A stretch of 64,000 nt of DNA from Octopus sinensis (lineage: Eukaryota). This document shows positions 11,961-24,700 of this stretch, one piece after another (the stretch's first letter is position 1; every line of letters starts with the position of its first letter). The notes under the pieces are model-generated. The model made no database searches. It was not told the origin of the DNA and was given only the letters and a program-made list of their open reading frames with translations. The position numbers were made by a program, and so were the translations under genes. The stretch covers positions 9,052,001 to 9,116,000 of the forward strand of contig NC_043005.1 of assembly GCF_006345805.1 (NCBI RefSeq). Reading direction: 5' to 3'.

Positions 11961-13085
11961 AACAAACATGCACACCCACACATATTTTTCCGATGAAGGT
12001 GTAAAAAACAAAAACACATCTATACACAGACATACACATATATATATACTTTTGTATCTATGTGTATATTGCTGGGATCGAACAAAAGCGCACACGTATG
12101 TACAACACATGCTTTGGTAGATAGATACCCACCTGACGCGTATATAGATGTATTTATTTCCGGACGTGTGTATATGTGTGTGTATGTGTATATTTCTCCT
12201 CATGCGTAGTGTATATACATACAAATTTGTGGTGAGATAGCCATAAATAGGTGTGTGTACGAATGTGTGACTTCGCGATTTCCATTCGATCATTATGCTA
12301 CAAAGCGCAACATATACCTGCCAGATTTTGTTGGACAGGTGCAACAAGATGATACGTTATTAGAGCACAGAATTATTGATAATGCAAAATCATGTCGTTT
12401 TCTATTGTATTTCATGGCTTCTTTTACAGTTGCTTAGCAATGGTTACATGTATTACCAGGACATTGCTATTGTTCGGCAGGAAATAAAAGAGGCAGTATG
12501 AAAAACTACTCATTTGCAGTTTCACTTCACATTTTATTGCTCTTATGCTAGCAATATATCTCTCGATATGAGAGATCCTCTTCGCAGTCCCTTGACCTGC
12601 TAGATATAGTAGCCAACAATTTTTCCTCAAATGTAACCTGGTTGTATGAACGTCAGCTTGGCGATACAGGTGCTAAAAATGAGTCACTAGCCCTGTATCG
12701 AAGGACCGAATATCTGTCTGCAGCAAAAAACCCCCAAAAGCTCGCAATTCCCTCGGGTCAGATCTGAAGTAACACAAAGCCCCAAACATCAACGAAATAC
12801 ATTTTTAGCCAACGAATGAGTTTACAAGTGTTCACTCAACTCCATAGAAATAGTAACTAATAACACTTCAAATTACTGCATACTGTCATAAATAAAAAAA
12901 AAGATAATACATTGGGAAATGCTATTTGAGATGCCACTATTGGAAAAATCACTGGATGATCACTTTGAGACATGTTTGACAATAGATTTTCCCAACTTTC
13001 CATATGAGGAAATGCATAACCGATGTAGCTGACTTCACTACTTAACAATACTGCAAAATTATTATGATGTAAAGTTATTATGTCC

Positions 13086-13430
13086 AGGAGTAGCTATGTG
13101 GTAAGAAGTTTGCTATCCAACTACAGGGTTCCGGGTTCAATCTTACTGCGAGGGCTTTTGCGAAAATGTTTTCTACTATAGACTCGGGCTGGGTCTATAA
13201 TGTGTGTTTATATGTGTATGTTTTTGTGTATGTTTTTTCCTCCCACCGCCGCTTCACGACCAGTAATTGTTTTGTTTACTTCCCCACAACTTAGCTATTC
13301 AGCAAGAAAGTGCGATAGGTTAAGTGTTAAGCTCAATACATTAGTTCTTAAGTCCCTTTGTTCAACTAAACCCTCCAAAGCGTTGCCCTAGTATGGCCTC
13401 AGCCCGATGACTGAAAAAGTAAAAGGTATA
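13086..13430 (+). mobile_element. Diverged SINE-C copy
   Basis: Head GGAGTAGCTATGTGGTAAGAAG...GGGTTCAATC; tail ...ATGGCCTCAGCCCGATGACTGAAAAAGTAAAAG, similar to 54343-54778. Confidence 0.7.
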
Positions 13431-13729
13431 TTCATATGTTATTATTACAAAATCTATTCCACTGAGGCGAACTTGTCTTTCATGCTTTCGGGATCGATAA
13501 AATAAGAACCAGTTGAATACTTGTCCTCTTTCCTTAACGTACCGCCTCTGGGCCAAAATTTGACATCATTATTAAAGAATCTTAGATGTGTGGAGCTGGC
13601 AGAATCGCTAGCATATCGGATAAAATGATAAAAAAACTTTTATTCCGATTCCTTGCGTTCTAAGTTCAAAATTCGCCGAGGTGCACATTGCCTTTTATCC
13701 TTCTGCGGTCAAAGAAAGGAATACCAGTG

Positions 13730-14040
13730 GATCTTTTCCTTTTGAACGCCAGTTTTCAGCACAATTTCTAGTTAACTAAACACTTTTAAACTTTGTATAC
13801 TGGTATACAAAATAAAATTTAGGGTTAGCGTTAGTGTTAGGGTTAGTGACAGGATGTTGTCTCAGTTTTAGACGCAGCAAACGATTTTAGCACAATAGAG
13901 GCCATCGATTGGTTAACATTCGAAAAATTAAACTACGTCAAACTTACAAATTACAATTTTCTGAAGAAAGCCAAGAGAAAAAAATGTTTTATTTTGACAC
14001 ATTCTACCAGTATACGAAGTTTAAAAGTATACGAAGTTTA
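13730..14040. mobile_element. MITE-like repeat with 24-bp inverted arms and an internal degenerate TTAGGG tract
   Basis: ACTTTTAAACTTTGTATACTGGTA (13782-13805) pairs with TACCAGTATACGAAGTTTAAAAGT (14005-14028), one mismatch. Confidence 0.55.
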
Positions 14041-15418
14041 TGAGCCAGGCGTGGCTCGAGAAGGAACAAACAATATAAAAACAACAATGGATGTAATTCC
14101 AAATAGAAGTGATGACAAGGTTTTTGGAGCAGAATTTGTAAAGTGACACGAAGTAGAAATGAAATGCGATTTTAACTTTGAATGGAACAACATACTACAG
14201 GGAATTAACATGAACTGCATTCTGTGTGTCTCAGGATAACGCTATTTTGTCTATAATTGTATTCCGAAAGGTTTTTGATTCGTCACTTTAACATATTTCG
14301 TCAGTATGAAATTGGAATGAAAAGTGATTGCTTGTACACCTGTCTAACATATTAGTAGATCTGTAAATTTTTCGGACTGGGTCACGAATTCCAGTTTCAG
14401 AATTTACAAAGTTTATAACTATCACGTCCAGCATGAGCAACAGTAGCAGCACTACCAACCACAACCACCAACACCAACACCAACACCACCCCCAATGCAA
14501 CAACAATAAAAATAACATCAACTGCAAAATGACAACAACATAAATAACAGAGATAACAGTGGCCCACAACAAATTATATTTCTGGCATAGGACTTCTTTT
14601 CCATAAAATAGTAAGATGAAGACGTGGAACCGATTGACTGGTGTCCAAATACTATTAGAGATTTGGCTCTTCTCAGGGGAAAAAGGCAAAATAAAATGCT
14701 CTAAACGTAAAGGGAGAATAATTTTGGAGAGCTTTTCTTTTCCTTTCTCACAAGAAATCTATTTAAATTACTTTATCGAACTCCATGTTACGAAGGAGCA
14801 GCGATTGCACGTAAATGTAAAATCTGTGCTACTTGATTTACAGTACATAATTGTTTGGTGTAGTTTTGAGCTCAAGCTTTTTAGATAGATATGCTAAAGT
14901 TTCGATTCCAACTCTAGGATTCTTAAGGTATAAGTCAATAATATATCGATTTCTTATTCTGATACACAAACCACTTTGGAGAAATATTAAGTTGGTAACA
15001 TGTATATATATATATATCCATCAAGCTTCTCGGGACCAGATGCAAAATGCACGGGCTACCCCCAGGAAGCAAACGGCGGTGAAAAGTCATTAATATAGAT
15101 AAAGTGTATTATTGCAATTTGAAGTTTAATTTCATTAAACTCTATCTTTATTTGAAATTAAGATCATTTAGTAGATATTTGGTACTTCTATTTGTTTCGA
15201 TAGAGAAAATAACTTTGAACGGTGACGTAATTTGCTACATTTAATTATTGAAGACTAATAATCCGTATCTAGTCTAGTGTCTTGCATAGTACTTTAATAA
15301 TAGGACTAGACAATGCATAAACTGCATCACATTTATGAAAGCATTAAAATCAGAAATACAGAAGCAAACGAATACACACACACACATTTACACACACACA
15401 CACACACACACACATTTA

Positions 15419-15457
<39 letters not shown>

Positions 15458-15471
15458 ACACATATATATAT

Positions 15472-15695
15472 ATCAACATGGATCGCCATGTTGATTCGCT
15501 AGCTTCTGCACGCATTTTTTGTCTCTGCTTGTTTCTCTCCTTGTTTCTTTTCTGTGTATCTTTCTGTTGAAGAGCGTAGGCTCGAAACGTAAAAGACTTT
15601 TCCTATTTCTATTCCTGAGCGCCATACTAATACAATTGTTTGTTTGTATTCCACCTGCCTTCGTCTTTTGTTTATTTTCATAAAACTTCCCGTTA
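15472..15695 (+). mobile_element. Hammerhead-bearing short element, family A (Penelope pLTR-like)
   Basis: Pyrimidine-rich unit of about 220 bp between (CA)n/(TA)n and (TA)n; hammerhead motif at 15559-15596. Confidence 0.65.
15559..15596 (+). ncRNA. Minimal type I hammerhead ribozyme-like motif with variant core CUGUUGA
   Basis: TCTTT-CTGTTGA-A-GAGC-GTAG-GCTC-GAAA-C-GTA-AAAGA: 5-bp helix I, 4-bp helix II, ACGU palindrome, GUA cleavage triplet; position 6 is U instead of A. Confidence 0.55.
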
Positions 15696-15721
15696 TATAT
15701 ATATATATATATTATATATAT

Positions 15722-15770
<49 letters not shown>

Positions 15771-16152
15771 CACGTCCCGCAAATAATTACTAAGGGTAAG
15801 CAGTTGGTGACATTTATTTAGTAAAACACACAAAATAAACGAACCGCAGGCGCGCGACTGAGTCGGGGGCAGATTTACTTCTGCTTTAATAGAGCGTAAA
15901 AAAAACCGTTGTTGTAGGAGTGTATGTAGTGCGTGTACTATGCTTAGTTTTGATACTGAAATTGAAAGGCAGGGGCGAATTATGCCATCCTAATCTACAA
16001 AAACATTAAATATTTTGCAGTTTATGCATAATAATTAGAGTAACTTTAATAATTTTATTGAATGAAGTGCATATTTTGCCATAATAGGAAAATGTTACTA
16101 TCGATCTGTTTCATTCCCTCCCAGGCGGCACGTCCCTGGTATGGATGGGAAT

Positions 16153-16527
16153 CACTCCGTCGGTTACGACGACGAGAGTTCCGGTTGATCCGAATCAACG
16201 GAACAGCCTGCTCGTGAAATTAACGTGTAAGTGGCTGAGCACTCCACAGACACGTGTACCTTTAACGTAGTTCTCGGGGATATTCAGCGTGACACAGAGA
16301 GTGACAAGGCCGGCCCTTTGAAATACAGGTACAACAGAAAGAGGAAGTAAGAGTGAGAGAAAGTTGTGGTGAAAGAGTACAGCAGGGATCACCATCATCC
16401 CCTGCCGGAGCCTTGTGGAGCTTTAGGTGTTTTCGCTCAATAAACACTCACAACGCCCGGTCTGGGAATCGAAACCGCGATCCTATGACCGCGAGTCCAC
16501 TGCTCTAACCACTGGGCCATTGCGCCT
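16153..16527 (-). mobile_element. SINE-A copy
   Basis: Matches 445-817; abuts (GA)n. Confidence 0.9.
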
Positions 16528-16531
16528 ATAT

Positions 16532-16592
<61 letters not shown>

Positions 16593-18527
16593 AAGAAATT
16601 TGGTTTATTTCCTCTGAAGCGCTCAACTAAAGCACCTGACTATCTACGCTCTCAAATTCGAATGTTTACAAAAACTTAAATGAAACTGGTGCAGACATAT
16701 TTCTAATATTCCTTATATTTAATATTATTTTGACTTTTTAATTCACCATTTCTTGTTTTCCTTTTATTTATTGTTTCCTCCTTTATTACCAGATTAAAGT
16801 AGCTTCACATTACAAATACAATCTGTAAGGGGAACAATAAAATTATGCAAGACTTTTCTACAGTATAAAATGTGACATTGATTTTGTTATCTGCATTCCA
16901 ACAATGGAGGTTTTACCCTCTATTAGAAACCAGCCCCTTCCTCAGGGCAAGAATTTAGATAATTGGAATCAGAAGAGAACACAGACACTGAAAGGGCGCG
17001 CGTTTGTGCGTGTGTTTATGCTTTTAATTTTAGGTGTACAGTATTGTCGCTTCTCTAAGAAAGAGTGAACCTTGTTACATCCATGTAGAGGACGCATTTG
17101 AGATGTTTGTGACTTACCTATGGACAAACTAAAGAATTTACTGCATAATAGGAAACATCTTTCGTTTTGCTGGATGTTTGCTATTATACACATGCAGTTG
17201 TGTGCCTGTGTGATTTGGCATATCTTCTAACGTCAAATTGACTTATATAAGAAAGAATGCGGGAGAGAAGGGACAAATAATGATAGTCTTGGCTTTTATA
17301 GGCATTGAAATAGATAATCGATAACTGGTTCCCATTTTATTTTAGTGGAGAATCATAGAAAGATAATCTTATTAATTATTTCACTAAACCATAACTGATT
17401 GTGGACAACACTATCAAGTTGAATAGAACCATATACATAAATGGCATTTGTCTCAACAGCCCTGAAAGTTTCAAGTCAGAGTGAATATATTATGATTTAC
17501 CTCGTAACTAACCTGACTTGAAACACGATATTTGTTTTTACTAAAAGGAGGACATGTTATATTTTTTGGTACAGCAATTAACGGTAGTAATAGAATATCT
17601 TACGAAGAGCCTTGGAGATGATGCACAAAAATACATAACGTGTTATAATTTTGTGTAGCGAAAGATGTGATTCTTTTGAGTATATCATATTTATATATTT
17701 ACTTAAATACAGAAGTAATATAACACTGATTAAGGACATAACAGTATATGTGTTCATCCATACACGCTCCAATATAACTAAGACCTACTTGTCTTTTATT
17801 CCCCATGAATCAATGGAGAAAGTAATATTGATGTGCTCGCATTAATTCCATCGTTCCTATCCTATCTGTATACATGTGACACTGTTCATACAAGAGATCA
17901 ATAGATCAATAGAAATTCGCGCAAAAAACTTCGCATACAACTCAGAGATCAGGTATGTTTTTGAATACAATATTGCTGCTATTACGTAAAAATTATTACA
18001 TCGTATGAAGTTGGGTTTCAGTCAAATTCGATGATGAGCATCTAGTAGTTCGATCGACTACCCATCATAAATGCATGTAAAAAAAGCTGCGCATTTTGCT
18101 GGCACATGTAACCATTGCGATATTTCTCGGGGAGAACCAGTGTGGTACTATGTGTGACATGGTTATAGGTTTGAATTACAGGCTTCTATACTTTGTCAAC
18201 CAAAGTTTGCTAAAAGCGAGTTCTTATGCAACGCTTTAGACTATATGCACGAGGTACTACGAAGTAGGATTGTACAACCGACCTCATGTTTGCAAAGGAA
18301 ATTTCTGAACCAGTTATAAAAACCGCACACCCACATAAGTATATATATAAAATTAATTTTATGTATTGGCTTATGTTTTTCACTGTTTGATTTGCCTAAT
18401 AGCGGTTTTATCTCTAATTTAATATAATATAATATAATATATTTATACTATAAAATTGGATTTAATCCTAAATCTAATTTTTCCCTGTAAGTTTGGATTT
18501 ATTCCCTAATATTATTATTATATATGC

Positions 18528-18562
<35 letters not shown>

Positions 18563-18789
18563 ATAATATATATATATATATAATATATATATATATAGAG
18601 AGAGAGTGAGTGAGAGAGAGTGAGTGAGAGAGAGAGAGTGAGTGAGAGAGAGAGAAATACAGATATATATATATTGTACACATGTATATATATATATGCA
18701 TATATACACGTTTATATAGGTATATATAGATACAGAAATATGCACTTACACACATACTCACACACCCACATACACACATATCCACATAT

Positions 18790-18841
<52 letters not shown>

Positions 18842-19234
18842 ACATATAAGACAAATGTGAAGAGAGACTAAATATTTATTCGCTTACAGCTGTTTTAAAA
18901 TACGGATGTACATATAAATATGTTTACACAAGTGCGCTGAAAAATTTAAATACCACAGTAATCTTCAGAACGATTCATTGTAGTTCAGCTCTAATAAAAA
19001 ACCCGAGCTGATTCAATATGTATCACGGATGATATTTATACTTAGCAGATTTACGGAAGCAGTACCCAGAGATCAATACAATTTCAGCGAAAAGACATTA
19101 GAGAAATACCATATAATTAAAAGCTCTAAATATAATAATCAAAGGATGAGGAAACTGTAAGTGTACATTAAAAAAAGTTGCTTTTATCAACGAATTTACT
19201 TCTAAAGAATATATACTTACTAAAATAGATCTAA

Positions 19235-19495
19235 GTGGAGGCGCGTGGCTTAGTGGTTAGGGTTTCAGCATCATGATCGTAAAATTGTGGTTTCGATTCC
19301 TGGACTGGGCGATGCGTTGTGTTCTTGAGGAAAACACTTCATTTCACGTTGCTCTAGTCCATTCAGCTGGCAAAATGAGTAACGCTGCGATGAAATGGTG
19401 TCTTGTCTAGATGGGGAACATATACGCCATTGAAACCGTGAAACCGGGCCCATGAGCCTGGCTAGGCTTTAAAAGGGCGCATTTGTTTTTATTAT
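19235..19495 (+). mobile_element. tRNA-derived CORE-type SINE, family SINE-D
   Basis: A/B boxes GGCTTAGTGGTTAG and GGTTTCGATTCC; CORE-like GTTGTGTTCTTGAGGAAAACACTTCATTTCAC...; 14-bp TSD TAAAATAGATCTAA at 19221-19234 and 19496-19509. Confidence 0.9.
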
Positions 19496-21015
19496 TAAAA
19501 TAGATCTAATGAATCGTATGCGGAGACCAAACCAATCTTCTTACAACTTTGCGGATTCATTTACGACATCTAAAGACCAGCCAGTGGTGTTAGAGTGTGT
19601 AACGTATTAAATAAATAGAATGCTAAATAAATCTTTCCGCACAAGTCCAGTGTTGAAGGTGCTATTGAGGAAACTTTATTAAATATTTTATAACATTTAT
19701 CAACTTAGCGGCCATTACATTCTAAGTGACTGGTGGTGTCGTGCTAGAAGTACTCAAAGATTGCAAATATCTTCTTTTTGAAATGTCTTGTAAACATTGC
19801 TTTGCCAATGACATTTGAAGGCAGAAGACGGTCAGCAGCTCTAACAGCGGGGTGGATGAAACAGTAGAGTAGTCTACAGTATTAAATAATCTTCTGCAAC
19901 TATCCATTTATGCTCAGGGTTGAAATTGTAGTAGATTTGCCGTGGTCTATATATTATATCTATTTATTATTTACCAATAAAATCGTCTTTGTTGATAATC
20001 AAATATAAATACATTTAAAATTGATTTTGTTGTCATCCAGAAAGACAAGGGCATGAATCACTTTTATTTATTCACTTTCATTTATATTACAAAATATTTT
20101 CAAAAGGTCACGAGGCTTTCAACATTCCATTTCACACAGTCAAGTGCTTTGGATTAGGAGCAACTTTCCACATGAAGTAATTTAATTTTACTACGAAATA
20201 CCTTTAAATGTTATAAATCTACACAATGCAATTTTCTTATTTTGACATTGCACCTATGTAATAAATCTATAAATAAGTAGGAATGCCACATTTAGAATAT
20301 AAAATATGCCTAATTATATGTATGTTATTGCATTCCATCTGTGAACAATATAAATCATGCAAAATTTACGTTCTCCATAAACATTAAGCCACAATCAAAG
20401 CAACGATAGCTTAAGACAAAATAATTTGAGATAAATATTTTACTCATACCAGGTAAACAATTTAATTTCAAAACATGGTATTCTCAACATCTGCTTTCTT
20501 AGTTAATAAATACTCGAATTTCATAAAACCTTCAGGTGTTATTTATACTGGTAACATATCATAAGATATCTTGTCATCAAACAGATGCCTCGAGGAGAAT
20601 GAATTAACTCGATGTCCACGTTTTAGGTGTGCATATTTTGTGATGCATTATCGAAAAAGAACAGTGTAATAAAGTTAACTTTATATTTAGTTTCACGAGA
20701 TAATCGGAGGATACAGAGCAATGTCCGTAACATTTTACATGGTTTACGAGTATTACGACAAAGAAACGTTCAGTAGAGTTGATTAGACTAAAAACACATT
20801 GCATGGAACCGGAAGATCGATTCAGTGTAGTTAAAAAAAGACGCATACATTCCATCTGAAATTACTGAATTCGATCTCATCTATAACAACTAATTTCTTT
20901 CACAACTTTGTTTAACAAACTGCATTTTCCTTAAGGATATCTACACAATGTAAGATAGCAGATGAACACCCAGGCTTTCCCGACCGACACATCTCTGTTC
21001 CTCCCTCTTGTAGAG

Positions 21016-21204
21016 TCAAAACTCCCCACACGCTGCACTAATCATAGCAGTTAGCTGCCTTTCATTGTTAGAACGCCGGCTCCCAGGAAGTCCCTCTTTG
21101 TTCATGTCCTGACTTGCAAATGTTAAAAAGAACATTGATTGCATGATTCTGATTGGCCTAGAAAATCCTGCGAATACTATTTGCACTGCTTCCTCCTTCA
21201 GAAT
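21016..21204 (-). other. Candidate exon of an unidentified transcript
   Basis: Strong acceptor GTTAATTTTGTTTCTTTTATTTACAG| before 21204. Phase-1 reading (D)SEGGSSANSIRRIF* stops at 21158; phase-0 reading is 62 aa to 21016. No homology recognised. Confidence 0.3.
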
Positions 21205-23334
21205 CTGTAAATAAAAGAAACAAAATTAACGTTCCGATGTTACCTGTTAATATATTTCAATGATTGAGATATTAATGCAAACAGGTGAGGTTGTATCTTA
21301 GTACTGGCCTTTTTCCTGTAGTAACCTAACTCCTATTATTTACGTAAACATTTATGATATTTTCTGTTTGCTTCATTTAATGTAACCCATTTAAATTTCC
21401 CACGTTGAAATGACTTTCATTGCACTGAATGCGGAATATCTCATAAATTCTTGCAGGAAGCATACAATTGCAAAGAAGGATAGCAATCTTGGCAAAGCAT
21501 TTATCTCCACTACTGTTTCTGTAAACTCATTGCCATCTCCTCGACTTTTGTAGACACTTGGCTCTTGATAGTAATTAAAAGTAGATGTCATTAGATTAAT
21601 TAGAAAGTAGATATATCTGAAACCTCTATAATGAATAGTATTCTTATCTCACTGAATCATTTCGGTATAGAATAGACATTATCTATAGCTTCTTATGTGT
21701 TCTCACATAGTAATATAGTATCTGCTGCGCCACCAATTCGTCGACCAGTTCATTTATTAAATCTAAATGCAATTTTAGATTCCGCTACAATAATTAGCAC
21801 TTAACAATAGTATTCTGTGTTAACCGTGTGCTCATTAAGATCTATTAACTGTTTAGATTGAATCAGACATTGTTGGATCCATGGTGTATTGTATTTAATG
21901 TAATAGTTTAAACAGAAAAAAAATACCTAAGCACTTCACATTTATACAACAGTAAATGCAATCAATACAAACATGAATGGTGACACGACAATAGAAATTC
22001 TGAAAGCAGCAATGTTTTTATTAAACAAGAAGTAATTGGAACAGCTGGCAACATTCCTTTTCGTAAACTGTACATCATAGAAGGAAAAAAGTATTGCAGC
22101 AGAAAAGAATCAAGCAATTAATAGGAGAAAAATATAGTGGAATATTGCAATGTTATGTATCTATAAAGAAATTTCACTGTGAAGTACAAATATATATGTA
22201 TATTTGACTTGTCGGAATTTTAAATTTCGAAAACGTGGAGCTGTAGTAAATACAATAGGCGTCACATTATGGCGCTACCGATTTTATCTGTGGTCAAACC
22301 AATGAGAAATGTTACGCTATTGGAGTTTAAACATTGAATACATTTAGAAGATTGTTGGATATCGAATATACTTTGAAGAACTGTATTATACATTACACAA
22401 TTGACTTCACAGAAAGTAAAAAATGCGAAGATATATATATATATATACATCGTTGTTTGGCATGATAAATGTTTTCTTTTGTTCCTCTATCTTAAAACGT
22501 CAGGCTTAAAAACAACAAATGTCACATTATGCTATGTATATACAGAAACGTTTTATATAAAATAACAAATGAAACATGAGGGTGGCTCACTGCCAGAAAG
22601 TCTTGACCATAGGCTGACTTGTTCAGAGATGACTAACTACGGCAGACCAGAATGAATATTACGAAGTTTTAAAACATCTCCATTGTGTTTCTATTCTAAA
22701 AACCTTACGTACAACTAAGACAACGACGAAAACTATAGTGAATTCGCACTGATCAGAAGAAAGAGGTTGAAAGAATAGGCCACATTTGCCACTGGAATTT
22801 TAGACACAGTGAAAGACACGACAGGCAGAGCTGAAAGATTGCCTTTAAAAGTGAACAATTGGAGCTGCCTTCATGCTAGAAACTTCAGTCAAGGACAACA
22901 TGTACTAATAAATTACCTTTTACTAAAAGTACTACATCTGTAGTTATTTCAAAATAAGATGAGCAGAACGAGTTATAGCAATAGTTTCGCCATGACATTC
23001 ATCATCACATGATGAAATAGCAAGAATTTACGAAGGTTGCTCTACACTACTGTTATAGAGGCGGCGGGGGGGGGTAAAACTTGCCATGCAAGAGGGAAAA
23101 TAATTATCAACGTATCTGAGGGTAGTGGAATGGTAGACAAAATATCACGATCGACAAAATCATGTTGGGTTTACGTTAGCCTTTCATCTTTCGTACTGAA
23201 TGGACTAAAGATAAATGGAACCGATTTCACTGCAACATGTTTGAATTTGCGAGGAAAATATTATCTGGGATGGGTTGAATAAGATGGATGGATTTAAAGG
23301 AGAGACAAAATCTTGAAACATCTCAGAGTTACTG

Positions 23335-23454
23335 GAAATCATTGTTGCTGACACAGTTCTTGGCTGTAAGGAGGGTGAGTGGCAGTTTTGATGTCCATCT
23401 CACTCAAGTGGTTGGTTAACAGTATGAAATTGTTGGCTGGTATGTGAGTGCAGT
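23335..23454 (-). pseudogene. Mariner transposase fragment cut by the SINE-B array
   Basis: NNFILLTNHLSEMDIKTATHPPYSQEL resembles the mariner HNSILVTDYLTKMGIKTVPHPPYSPDLAP region. Confidence 0.7.
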
Positions 23455-24055
23455 AAAGCGGTGAGCTGGCAGAATCGTTAGCATGCGGGGTGAAATGCGT
23501 AGCCGTATTTCGTCTGCTGTTACGTTCTGAGTTCAAATTCCGCCGAGGTTGACTTTGCCTTTCATCCTTTCGGGGTCGATAGATTAAGTACCAGTTACGC
23601 ACTGGGATCGATGTAATCGACTTAATCCCTTTGTCTGTCCTTGTTTGTTCCCTCTGTGTTTAGCCCCTTGTGTGTAGTAAAGAAATAGGTATTTCGTCTC
23701 CCGCTACGTTCTGAGTTCAAATTCCGCCGAGGTTGACTTTGCCTTTCATCCTTTCGGGGTCGATAGATTAAGTACCAGTTACGCACTGGGATCGATGTAA
23801 TCGACTTAATCCCTTTGTCTGTCCTTGTTTGTCCCCTCTATGTTTAGCCCCTTGTGCGTAGTAAAGAAATAGGTATTTCGTCTCCCGCTACGTTCTGAGT
23901 TCAAATTCCGCCGAGGTTGACTTTGCCTTTCATCCTTTCGGGGTCGATAGATTAAGTACCAGTTACGCACTGGGATCGATGTAATCGACTTAATCCCTTT
24001 GTCTGTCCTTGTTTGTCCCCTCTCTGTTTAGCCCCTTGTGGGTAGTAAAGAAATA
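23455..24055 (+). mobile_element. SINE-B with one head and three tandem 184-bp body units
   Basis: GTAT(TTCGTC) recurs at 23505, 23689, 23873 and 24057; 16-bp TSD GGTATGTGAGT(G/T)CAGT at 23439-23454 and 24056-24071. Confidence 0.92.
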
Positions 24056-24317
24056 GGTATGTGAGTTCAGTGGTATGGAGTGTATGTTCTATATCTGTAC
24101 AAACACCCACTAACTTTTTCTGTAAGTCAATACACGCTTCAAACACAACAGCATTATATTTGGAAGATACATCTCTTATACCACTTGTTTTATGAATGCA
24201 TTCAACAATAATGCACCTCCCTTCTGCAATACTATTCGGTGTAAATTGTAGCACTGGATTAAGTTTACAAGTATAAGAAGTGCATTTCAGAATATTTGAA
24301 ACTATTTTAGTTATAAC

Positions 24318-24700
24318 ACCCCACACCCAAGAACGCTAGGCAAAGCAATTCAACCGGGAAGCTAATGATGGTCACATTTTCGACCGTAAGAGCATCATCT
24401 ACATCCAGTGGATTCCCTCTGGCCGAACAGTCAACAGAGAGTGCTTTGCAGAGGTCTTGAAGGATTTCAAGAAGTAATTTCGTTGCAGAAAAACCAGCGT
24501 TCCCTCATTCGGGTCTATGGCACCGGCAACAGGACTCTACACGGGTCTATGGCACCGGCAACAGGACTCTACACCGGTCTACACTTTGATCCTGGCCACC
24601 AACAACTTTACAGTCAAAACTGTCACTCGGTCTCCTTACGGTCCAGACCTTGCTCCCTGAGATATTTTCTTGCTCGGCAAGTGAAAAAGAAGCTCAGAAG
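24318..24700 (+). pseudogene. Mariner transposase remnant
   Basis: KNARQSNSTGKLMMVTF-DRKSIIYIQWIPSGRTVN...WHRQQDSTPVY...RSPYGPDLAP*DIF, with stops and frameshifts; internal 32-bp tandem duplication at about 24510-24575. Confidence 0.85.

Noticed and set aside
15766-15774. miR-124-like start, and a miR-1-like start at 60288-60298
   Set aside because: Only 9-11 nt match; the rest of the mature sequence and the hairpin are absent.
18031-18120. C/D snoRNA candidate (ATGATGA)
   Set aside because: No D box CTGA or terminal stem at a suitable distance.
19722-19907. Unique-sequence ORFs 19722-19907, 21391-21591, 24072-24326, 43010-43228 and 12857-13048
   Set aside because: Lengths of 60-90 codons are expected by chance over six frames of 64 kb; no recognisable domain or convincing paired splice sites.
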